Shown here: positions 40,991 to 52,759 of the stretch, piece by piece | Position numbering within the stretch: the stretch's first letter is position 1 | Layout of the letters: every line of letters starts with the position of its first letter | Assembly: GCA_964016885.1 (NCBI GenBank) | Contig: OZ024742.1 | Location: forward strand, 90,148,001-90,212,000 | From: Eledone cirrhosa | Taxonomy: Eukaryota | Direction of reading: 5' to 3' | DNA: 64,000 bases | Program-made: the position numbers and the translations under genes | Notes under the pieces: generated by a model | The model's input: the letters and a program-made list of their open reading frames with translations, nothing else | Told to the model about the DNA's origin: nothing | Database searches by the model: none

Positions 40991-41030
<40 letters not shown>

Positions 41031-41044
41031 AAATATAAAACGAA

Positions 41045-41977
41045 ATATCAGTGATGCATCCGAAGGATCTATGGGGTAACACTACGCGATAGAGTGGTGC
41101 GTAGTTCGTATGTCACCAAGTCACTCAAGCTAGAGCTACTACTTCTCCGAATATATGGTTAGAATGTCTTAGGAAAGAATCGCTGGGAAGATTTTATGGA
41201 AGTGGTTAAAAAGAAGAGACATTAAAAAAGCTACAGAAGGAATGCTAATGGCTGCGCAAGATCAAGCCCTCCGAACGAAATGGGTGAAACACCATATTGA
41301 CAAAGAGGAGACTAGCCCACTGTGTAGGATCTATGTAGAGAGAGAGGAGACTGTGGCTCACATTGTATCCGAGTGAAAACACCTAGCCAAGACTCATTAT
41401 AAAGGCTGGAGACATGATGTGATAGGCAGGGTGATCAACTGGCATCTATGCAAAGTAAACAATTTACCACATTCTGAGAAGTGGTATGAGCATAAGCCAG
41501 AGTCGGTGATAGAAAACTACCAGGTGAAGGTGCTATGGAACTTAGGATACAGACGGACAAGAAATTAGCACACAATAGGCCTAACCAGGTGGTTTTGAAC
41601 AAGGAAAAAGGATCGTGCCTTATTATAGATGTAGCCTGCCCATTTGACACGAGAGTGCATGAAAAGGAGAGGGAGAAAATTAACCGATACCAGGATTGAA
41701 AGTGGGAGTTTAAAAGGATTTGGAACTGCCATGAAATCAAGGTCGTCCCGATTGTCATAGGCGCACTAGGTACTATCTCAAAGAGTTTCCCAGGATGGTT
41801 AAAGAAGATTAGCCAAGCCCCGCTTTTTGGAACACTTCAAAAGGCATGCTTTCTGGTAACAGCAAGAACCCTCCGATACGTCCTGATTATCTGAGGCTGA
41901 AGGTAGCGGCTTGATATTCATTTCAACAAACTTTCCAGTTAAATAACATCAATGACTGAGACTCAAAGAACAACAAC

Positions 41978-42033
<56 letters not shown>

Positions 42034-42235
42034 TAATAATAATAATAATTTTTTGGAACGCTTCAAAAGGCATGCTTGCTTGGAACAGCAAGAACCCTCC
42101 GATACGTCCTGAATATCTGAGGCTGCAGGTAGTGGCTTGATATTCAATCCAACGGACTTTCCAGTTAACCAACATCAATGACTGAGATTCAAGGAATAAC
42201 AATAACAATAATAATAATAATAATAATAATAATAG
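41045..42235 (+). mobile_element. 3' part of a Dong/R4-like LINE with (TAA)n tail and tandemly duplicated 3' end
   Basis: AAQDQALRT, CRI..EETVAHIVSE, RHDVIG, AHNRPN, IIDVACPFD, VVPIVIGALG. 41824-41970 is repeated at 42050-42200, each followed by (TAA)n. Confidence 0.88.
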
Positions 42236-44329
42236 GGAAGAAGAAATAGGGAAGAAGAAATAGGGAAGAAATAGGGAAGAAGACGCACATGGTGGATAGA
42301 AAGTCGTGAAATCGCTCCCGTAAGTTTTGATTTTTAACATATTTAAATCAATTGTGAAATAACAATTCTTAGTACAAATGATATATAAAACATCCGGCTT
42401 GAGTCCCAAAAAAATTCGGATCCATAATATATTGTTATATCGCTCAAATATTCAATTTTGTATTATACATTTTATATTCAAAAAAGAAAATGGTTATAAA
42501 TGGAAGAAAACCCTCTCTGTCTACACTATATAGAACAGCCAAATAACAGCAATTTCACCAACACCAGAAACTAGATACACCACCTACTCCATCACCCCTC
42601 TGTGTACACTAAACACATCAACCAGATAACGGCAATTTCACCACCACCACCACAACCAATCTCAGCATAATAATAGTAATTACTATTATTATTGTCTCAA
42701 GTTTTAACAAAATGTTTAATTCCAATATTAAGAAAATATGTCAACACATATACGCGACTAACCCCATAGATTCACCGATCAAACAAAAATACACTTTATC
42801 CAACAAAACTCAGTAACGCCATCACTACAGTCACCGCTACCGCCGCCCATCCATCATTACTACCACTATCCCATCACTGCCGCCACCACTCCTTCATTGC
42901 TACCACTGCTATCCCCCCATTACCTTCTGTTAACTTACGAAAGGGGAAGATGGCGGTATCACTAGACAATTAATAAACAAGATTAATATTTAATTTTGGA
43001 TCAGGAATGTTAGAGTCAAAAAGGAGAAAAATGACAAAATGACTAAATAACTAAATATAATTTCACCACCAACACCACCACCACTACCACGATGAAAACT
43101 CTGGTTAAGTTGACTCAACCGCTATTTCTACTCCAACTTCAACACCATCACTACAGTAATACGATCACATCACCACCACCACTGCCTAATAATGATTTAT
43201 CGCTACCGCCGCTATTCTCTCCCACTACCTCCTGCTAGTTGCTGCTAGCACAGCACCACCACCACCACCACCACCACCACTGCCTCATTATCACTAACGC
43301 CGCTATTATCTCCCGCTACCCCCTGCTACATCGTAGAAACCCCACTAAAAGAGGAAGGCATCAAAATATATAAATAGACTGAATTGATGACCCGGTCAAA
43401 ATCAAAAAAACAAAAATCAAAATCAAAGCAGCACAGCAACAACGAAAAACGTAAAGAAAATAAGAATGAAGAGAAAAACAAAAAGACGGACAGAGAAGGG
43501 AAGGGAAAAACTAAGTCAGACATTCAAACACTACATTACAATGAAACTTATGCTTATTCATTTTTGGGGGTTTTTTACCTGTTTGTTTGTTTGTTTATTT
43601 ATGTTCGTCTACAGCGTGATAATGCCACACAAAGATCACGTGGAGTGACAGAACCACCGGAGACGATGAAATCACCGGTGGTTATGTAACCATACAATCG
43701 CGAATCATTCGCAGACATTTCAAACTGGGTCATGCCTCGACTTCATTGAGTTCTGGGATTGCATAAAGAATTACAGTCGTAGTCTTCTCATTGATGTGCG
43801 GCAGCGAAAGACAGAATATGCCATCCCTTAGCATGCGCCCTCTTCTTGATATCTTAGCATTTTGGCGTTTGGTGAAGGATGCTAGATAGCTGTATTTTAT
43901 CAGCAGATTTTCAAACTCTTTGGCGCTGTGTTGGTTTGGTCTATAACTACACTGTGTCGCTTTCTTATCCGGGAATCCACGTTGGGTACATAGGCTGTTT
44001 TTGCTCATATGGGTAGGGCTGACGCGTAGTGCATATCACCATGTTGCTGAATTTTTTTATACAAAGATTGCTTTTATGTGTGATAATTTTGGACATCTAG
44101 TAAGGAATGAAACTTGATGTTGACGGGATGCTTAATCTTGTGAACCCTATTGACATTCTTGTGCATTCTGCAAGATTGGCAGGTAAGTATTCATATATGT
44201 GGTTGCTGAATAAACTTGGCAATTATCACAGTCTCGAATTCTGTTTGTAGATATAGGTCTCAGACTAGAAGTTTACATTGATTGCACGGGATGATTTAGT
44301 AAGTTGAAACAGAAATATTCTCGTTTGCG

Positions 44330-45255
44330 TAGTGTCCTGTCTCATCAATCAGCTATTTCGTATTGAAATTATGTCCGAAATATCTGAGAAATAGCAATTG
44401 AACTTAATCGTCTGCATGAACATCTGTGATCTCGCCTTGGCATGATATGAATTCAGAAATAAGCCTAAGATTCCATATGCAAACAGATATACACAGCTAC
44501 CGTGTTTATGTATATACGCTGAGACAGACACATATATGCACACACATAACGTGTAAAGCGCTGTGTATATGTGTGCAAAACATAAAAACATCAGTAAAAC
44601 ATAGACTTGCTGACAAGCAATAATTGAAATATTGAAAATTGATTATTGTTTCGATGTTAAACTCTACTATGAACACCCTTCTCTAGCATACGATATATAT
44701 ACAGGAAATCTGGACAGAAGTGAGTAATTCATATTTATTTTCTTCGGTCTCCTCGATTCTGTACTGGATATTCGTGCTAAAAGGTTTGGGGTGCTAAGCT
44801 GTCAATTACTCACCATCTAGTTATCTGCAAATTCAGGATGCCTAAAATAAAGGTAATCTAAAAATTGGTAAGTACAGATCTATCTAGAGCTATAAAGTGG
44901 GAAATGCTGGCTGATGTAGAGGTGTCAACCAGGTATGCAGGTGATATTGCATCCAAATCCAGAGAAGTTCCTGAACAAACTGAGGACCTGGCAGTGTCTA
45001 TTTCAGCTATTGAATTATGCAGATGAAAGTGGCACTGTGTGTCTCCGGCTGACTAGATATCTTGGTCATTCAGACATTTAAATGTTCCAATCGAGTAATG
45101 AAAGAGTCTGACAAAGCTTGGCTTGGAAATAAGTCTCCCTTTTAATTAAAGATGATTCACCCCGTTAATCTTCCCTTGCAAAGTTTACACTAAATGGCTG
45201 GCAAAGAGATGTAAAGATATTGTTGCGTCCAAATTAGCTGGCGAACTGTGAGGCT
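44330..45255 (+). repeat. Old dispersed repeat (LINE remnant plus flank), inverted homologue of ~54455-55283 and 53760-53915
   Basis: Long diverged reverse-complement match, e.g. TAGTGTCCTGTCTCATC and TTCAGAAATAAGCCTAAGATTCCAT. Confidence 0.8.
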
Positions 45256-46074
45256 CATAAGAGTTATACAGGCCCCTCAGACAATACCCACAAAGAGAAA
45301 ACGGGCGTGCAGAGTTTGTCAAGGAGACATTCTTTGCTCTCGTGCTCGCGGGTGCGTTGAAAGGCGATTAAGTAAGTGCGTGTGTAGCATGACCGCGTAG
45401 GATTGCCTGATTTGGGGTCTCCGAATGTGTGTATTGGATGTACGGGTGTACTTGCGTGCGTGTGGGCTGTTAGCTTCGTGTATGGGGTGGGCCTAATTTT
45501 CGTGATACTGTGTTTGTGCATCCATCATTGGCTGAATACTAACATAGCAACATCGTTACTAAGAAGAATACATAGAGGTATGTACCACACCTAAGCAGAA
45601 CGCGTATGCACGTAGTGCTGTCACCCCATAACCCGCCCCCACCGCCCGCCCCGCGTCAGAAAGCATACAAAATAACCATTTTTCATATATTTGTAATTTT
45701 TCCTCTGCTGCGACCTGTCTGTTTCTTTCTTACTGCTTGCCCTTTCTCTCACCTTCTTTTTGCACACTCTGCCAGTCACTCTCTCTCAGCTGGCCCCTTC
45801 CTCACACTTTCACTCACTCATTCTCTGCTTCTCCCCCTCTTTCACTTCCTCCCGTTTGACCTGTGTGAAATTCTTTTCTCGCTAACATCTCACCCAGGTC
45901 GGATGGTTTGTATCGCTCGTCTATGATTTAACCAAGCTTAAGCTTATAAGATTTCACGGACTTGTCTCCTCTCTTCTTATCTTTGCGTTGCCATACCATC
46001 TATGTTTGTTACATGTCTCGCTCGTTTCACCCTATTTTACGTGACCCAATAACTTTCTTTAGTTATTGCTCACA

Positions 46075-46140
46075 CCAACCAGAGGTATATGATCTTTAAA
46101 GCGATGAAATACCAATGAAGGTTGGGAGATCACTGATGAA
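46075..46140 (+). ncRNA. Diverged homologue of the permuted hammerhead with compensatory changes
   Basis: CCAACC-AGA-GGUAU-A-UGAUCUU..U-GAAA-UACC-AAU-GAA-GGUUGG-GAGAUCA-CUGAUGA-A. Confidence 0.65.
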
Positions 46141-46195
46141 GGATTAATTTTATTCATATGTAACCCATGTGTAACCACGCAGCACTCTATTTTTC

Positions 46196-46228
<33 letters not shown>

Positions 46229-46271
46229 TATATATATATACACACATATATATATATATATATATATGCAT

Positions 46272-47387
<1,116 letters not shown>

Positions 47388-47454
47388 CAAGGTTTAGCAA
47401 ATAAGAAAAAGTTTCGAAATAAATTTCAAAAAATTCACTGTACTCACTATGGTT

Positions 47455-47541
47455 AGCTTTACGGAATCGGTTTCGAGACTCAAAAATAGATGGACAGTCC
47501 TTGCGGCCTTCCATTGAAAAGATAAACTCTCGTCAGAAGGT
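47455..47541 (-). ncRNA. Type I hammerhead ribozyme (homologue of 20647)
   Basis: CUU-CUGACGA-GAG..CUC-GAAA-CCGAUUCCG-UA-AAG. Confidence 0.7.
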
Positions 47542-47840
47542 TCTTTTCACTCGAAGAATATAAAATTCCCGAGTTCAAATTACGAACTTGCGCTATTCAA
47601 AATTGTTCCCGAGATGAGAATGAATGATGTGGAAGGAATTCTGTCCAGTGCCGTGTGTAAAGATAGAAGCAGAGGCAGCGAGGTCAGTCTACTACCACTA
47701 TAAATAGCAGCAGTCAAAATGACCAAATTTTGTCTCGACCAAGAGGAGGATAATAATAATAAAGTATATATCCCTACACGCAAAAAGCGTCTAGGGAAGC
47801 ATTTTTTCTCTCTCTCGATACTTAAACATTCTATATATAT

Positions 47841-48760
47841 ATAAGGAAAAAAGATGAAATCTAAAATGCAACAGGAGTTTTTTTTTTTTAAATATATATA
47901 TTTATTAGGTTCCTTTACCGGTTTTGCTTTTCAAAAGTATAATTGAGATGGAGTTGTCTGTGGTTTTTTTCACATCTGGTTGGTCTTTGAATGTTACTAT
48001 GGAAAAAAGTGGCTCGAAATGCCAGGTTTTTAGAAAATTAATTCTAATTTAGAGAAGAAAGTCTGAATTCTCACACCCCAGCGAACCAGCCATATTCACG
48101 GAACCAGAACAAATCTCACAATCCCATTTCTCTTGACCATTATATTTTGTTTGGCACAAAATTTTCTAAAAGGCTACAATATAAATTCCCAAATACGGGC
48201 GCAAATTTAATGAATTTGTTCACGTGACAGTCATAATTTCATTTATAACCAATCAAATTACATTTAAAAAAAGCCTTCGTGAGCCACTTTTTTAAGTAAA
48301 AAGAAATTCAAACAAACTGGCGCGAAAGCTGATGTGCTTATTCACGTGACTGCATCAACCAACCAAACTTCACTCATATATAAAAAAAACTACCTGAGCC
48401 CCCCCCCCCTTGTTTGAAGAACTTTGTAACGCGAACTGGTGCGAAATTTATTATACTTATTCACCAACCAATCAAATTACTTCTCTAAAAACCTGGCATT
48501 TCGAGCCACTTTTTTCTATATAAAACAAGTAACATTCAAAGACCAACCAGATGTGAGAAAAACCAGAGACCCTCCATCTCAACTCTACTTTTGAAAAGCA
48601 GAAGAACTGCGAATCCGGTAAAGGAACCAAATAAATATATATATTTAAAAAAAAAAAAGACTGCAGTTGCATTTTCGATTTCATCTTTTTTCCTTATACT
48701 TTCACTCGTGTAGGACACCTCGGTTATTTTTCATTTTGTAAAAAAAACCTCACTTTCTAA
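47841..48760 (+). mobile_element. Non-coding element with ~200 bp inverted arms, internal promoter-like repeats and degenerate U3-A8 HHRs (48588-48623 +, 47913-47937 -)
   Basis: 47841-48043 is inverted against 48475-48698. CUU-UUGAAAA-GCAG/CUGC-GAAU-CCGG-UA-AAG. Confidence 0.75.
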
Positions 48761-48780
48761 TATATATATATATATATATA

Positions 48781-51700
48781 ATGGAAAATTTGAACAGGAA
48801 CAAAACAGAGAGGCCGTTCAACGAATGTTTATTAATTTCTAGCTCTGGAGAGTGGGGTGGTGGTGGGGAACGACGTTTCGGGCATAAGCCCTTCTTCAGG
48901 TGAAAAGTGTGTGGGAAGAGAGTTCAAAGGGTGTGTAGGGGAGTGGTGGAGAGACATATAGCGAAAAGGGGGTGGGAGGAAACGGTGCGAATGAAATTAA
49001 AAATAAAAGCATGATCAAAATAAAATAAAATTAAAATGGGGTAAAACAGGTGGTGGAAGGGTGTGGGGTGTGTAGGGTGGTGGCGGGTGGAGTGGGGAGA
49101 GGGAGACGGGTGTCCGAGCGGGGAGGGCTGAAGGTGGTGTGTGTGTGTATGTGTACGTGTGTGTGTGTGTGTGTGTATGTGAAAGCAAGGGTAGGGGGAA
49201 GAACGGGGTTGCATGTTCAGGAAGAGGTGTGTGTGGGGTGGGGTGTAGGTCGGAGTGTGTGTGCGCGTGTGGATAGAGGGGTGGGGGGAGAGGAATCCGG
49301 AGGCTGAAGGTGTAAATATGTGGTGGAAAGCACGTGTGTGTGGGGTATAAATGTGTTGTGGGTGTAGGTGGCGTGTGGGGAAAAATGTCGGGGGTGTGTG
49401 TGTGGGTGAGTTATAAAGGTGATTCCGTAAGAAGATGTGGTTGAAAGGTTGGTAAACTCCTAGGATGGTAGTTGATTCCGCGGTCAAGCTCCACATACGA
49501 GTAATCCATGGAGAGATGGTCGGAAGAGGAGAGATGTGGGTGCGCGCGCAACAGGAAGTGGTCAAGGCGGTAGGAGTGCTGTGTGTCTGTGTGTGCTGGG
49601 AGGTGGTCAGAGGGCATATCAGCAGTTGGGTGGAATGGTAAAGAGGCGAGGATGGGTAGGTGTGAAAGATGGAGTGAGGAGGGTGTGTGTGTGTATTAGT
49701 AGAGGTGTTAGTGGGATGAGTGAGTGTGGAGAAAGGGTTTGGGTGGAGCGGGGAGAGAAGAGTGTGGGGGTCGATGGAGGGAGTGTGGTGTACTGGTGTG
49801 TGTGTAGTTTGATGAAGAGGGTGTTAGTGGGTGTTAGTATACGGGAGGTGGAGAAAGGGTTGAATGCAGGTGTGAGTGCGGGTTAGTGTTGGTAGGGTGT
49901 GTAGATTTGGTGGTGTACGAGGGTGTGTGGGTACGTGTGCGTGGGGTTGGGGGTGTTAGTGATGTTAGTTGCGTGTGGGGTGGGTGGTGTAAGTGAGTGC
50001 GTGTGTTCGTGTGCTTGGGGTCAGGGGGTGTTAGTGATGTTAGTTGCGGGGTGGTGGGATGGATGTGTGGGGGTGAGGGTTAGTGGTGGTAGTAGGGTGT
50101 GTGTTTAGTGTGAGCACGTGTATATATGTGCCGGTGGGTGTGTGCGTGTGATAAGGAGGGGGGAGGAGAAGAAGGGAGGGATGTTAGTATGTTAGTTGGG
50201 GAAGGGTGGTCGGATGAGAGGCGGAGTGGAGGTGTTAGTATTGTTATTTGTGGGGTGGGCGGTGAAAAGGAGGGGTGTGTTAGTGGGGGATATGTGTGTG
50301 GGGGGGCGAAGGCTAAAGGAATAAGGGTGGGGACTTCAGGCCGGGGGTAGTGTGGGTCTGTAAGATGAAGATGGTTCTTTGTTCAACTCTGAGGAGATTG
50401 GAGGGTGTCCCGTGGCATTGGAGTAGGCCACAGACTGTGAGATGGCGTGCGGAATGTCCAGAGGCACCAAAGTGGCGGGCGTTGGGGGAACTACCACCGA
50501 GACGAATATTCCGGAGGTGCTCAGTGAATAGGTCCGCCAGGCGACGTCCCGTCTGTCCGACATAAGTCGGGCTGCACTCCGTGCAGCGAACTCCGTAGAC
50601 TAGGTTGGAGGAGGTGCAGTGGAAGGCATGTCGGACAGAGAGAGAGTGGCCGTTGGGACCCTTGAAGGTGGTGGTGTTGGTGATGTGGGGACAGGTGTTG
50701 CAGCGGGGCCTGGAACAGTGAAAGGAACCGGGGGGGGAAGAGCGTGGGTTGAGGGTAGGGAGCTGTGGACGAGGAGGTTGGTGAGATTGCGTGCGCGTTT
50801 GAAGGAAAGGAGTGGTGGGGTTGGGAAGATGTGGGAGGTGGAGGGGTCGGACTGGAGGCGTCCGAAGAGGCGGCGGATGGTGCGGTGGAGGGGTAAGATG
50901 GAGGAGTGGTAGGTGATGGGGTAGGGGAGACGGTGGGTGTGTGTGCGGTGGCGTGGGGTGAGGGTGGTGGAGCGGTGGACAGCACGGGCGCGGGGGGGGG
51001 GAGGTAACCTCTGCGGATGAAATGGCTGACTAGGGAAAGGGCCTGGGACTCGAAGTCAGCATCTCGGCTACAGAGGCGGCGGATCCTGAGGAGTTGGGAG
51101 TAGGGAATAGAGTGTTTAGTGTGTGTGGGGTGGGAAGAGGTGAATTCGAGGTAAGAGTGGGAGTCGGTGGGTTTGAAGAAGGCGGAGGTGACGAGGGAGT
51201 GGTGGGAGGGGTCGAAGGCGACGGAGATGTCTAAGAAGTGGACGTGGGTGGTGGAGATAGAGGTGGTGAAGTGGAGGGAAGGGTGGAAGGAGCAGAAGAA
51301 GGAGAGAAAGGAGTCGAGCTGTTCTCGGGTGAGGGTAGTGGCTCCGATACAGTCGTCAATGTAACGACCGTACAGTTCGGGCGTGGGGCCGGTGTACTGG
51401 GCAAAGATTTGGGCCTCAACATGGCCAACAAAAAGGTTGGCATAGTTCAGGCCCATTCTTGTACCCATGGCTACCCCCGTGACCTGTTGGTAAAACTCAC
51501 CCGAGAAGGAGAAACAATTGAGGGTGAGGACCAGCTCGGCGAGCCGAAGGAGGGTGGGGTGAAGGGAATGGGGGAGGGGCGAAGGTCGAGGTAGTGTTTG
51601 AGGGCGCGTAGGCCGTCGGCGTGGGGGATGACGGTATAGAGGGACTTGATGTCTAGGGTGAAGAGGAAGGGCTGTGGGCCGGGTGGGTAGGTGAAGGAGT

Positions 51701-52140
51701 CGAAAAGTCGCAGGGCGTGGTTGGTGTCGGAGGTGTCGGAGGGGAGGGTGGTGACAAGGGGGGCGAGGATGGAGTCGAGAAAGGCGAAGATGAGTTCGGT
51801 GGGGCAGTTGCAAGCGGAGACGATGGGGCGGCCGGGTTTGTCGGGTTTGTGGAGTTTGGGGAGGAAGTAGATGGTGGGGGTGCGGGGGGTGCGGACGATG
51901 AGGTGGCAAGCGGTGGGGGGGGTGAAGAGACAAGGTGTTGGATGGTTGAGGAAACTTGTTGTTGGTAGAGGAGTGTGGGATCGGAGGGTAGAGGGCGGTA
52001 GAAGAGGGGGTTACAGAGCTGCCTGAGGGCTTCGGCCGTGTAGAGGTCCGCGCGCCACACCACCACGGAGCCTCCCTTGTCCGCCGGTTTGATGACGATG
52101 TCATCTCGGCTACGGAGGGAGCGGAGAGCGAGGAGTTCGT
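48781..52140 (-). mobile_element. GC-rich Penelope-like element (Neptune-type), 5'-truncated: RT plus GIY-YIG (52140-50315), long CA-rich 3'UTR and terminal HHR
   Basis: DIVIKPADKGG, YFLPKLHK, LDIKSLYT, GVAMGT, RYIDD, KPTDSH, CSRPRCNTC linker, LVYGVRC..YVGQTGR..EH, EQRTI..TP.GL. Frameshifted. Confidence 0.93.
48869..48903 (-). ncRNA. Minimal PLE hammerhead ribozyme
   Basis: CAC-CUGAAGA-A-GGGC(UUAU)GCCC-GAAA-CG-UC-GU, followed by AATAAA. Stem I is weak. Confidence 0.75.
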
Positions 52141-52261
52141 ACTCGCACCACCAACAACTCAAACGAAGACGGGTGAGTTGCATTACGTCGAGTTCTCTCC
52201 CTAATATTACATCAAGGTTGACTATACGGAATGACCAGTTCTACCCAGTGGTGAACCAACA

Positions 52262-52303
<42 letters not shown>

Positions 52304-52365
52304 TAGGAAAAGGTATGATCCTTCGTTATATATATATATAGGTAAGTTATTTATTTTGGAAAGCC

Positions 52366-52416
52366 AGATTCCTGATGATTTCTAAAGAATGAAACAGTTC
52401 TAGTCCTGTAGAATCT
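52366..52416 (+). ncRNA. Type I hammerhead with full stem III in an ~80 bp island between (TA)n
   Basis: AGAUUC-CUGAUGA-UUUC(UAAA)GAAU-GAAA-CAG..CUG-UA-GAAUCU. Confidence 0.8.
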
Positions 52417-52759
52417 CATATATATATATATATATATATATACGCGTGTCTGTGTATGCAATGTGTATGTTATATATGTATATATGTAGTTTTCCTATGT
52501 ATTTATGTTCGATGTTATATATTTGTTTTGTTTTATCGTGTATAAATATAAATCTGCCTAAGTATTGCTGAATGATTTATGGGTATGTAAGTAATAGAAT
52601 GTTTGTGCCTATTCGGGATTAGATGTACGTCCCTTTTTTATTGTGTATTTCTCTTTGTTTTTATATTCTTCTCTGTGTTTGCGCTCGTTTGCGTTTCTTT
52701 GTATTTTCTTCCTTCGATTAATGGCTGTAAATGAATTCTCTATATTGATTTGTATAAGA

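Larger units (their letters stand above)
36628..40992 (+). mobile_element. 5'-truncated PLE: inverted pseudo-LTR (36628-37146), GIY-YIG remnant (37150-37940), UTR interrupted by retrozyme-like insertions, 3' pseudo-LTR (40673-40992)
   Basis: FPPNHRYHHIFNKYTVEFSYS, CNCRIRSICPLNGNCL, KTYIGST, CRLC..LLNKRQE..CNH. The family tail also occurs at 18560-18720. Confidence 0.85.

Noticed and set aside
42530-43330. CAC/CTAC-rich iterated segment as a coding or CRISPR-like array
   Set aside because: It is low-complexity degenerate trinucleotide sequence with no constant repeat-spacer period and no ORF.
47841-48700. MITE or DNA transposon with long TIRs
   Set aside because: The arms are unequal, no TSD was seen, and they contain HHR remnants. 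It is better explained as a PLE-type inverted pseudo-LTR.
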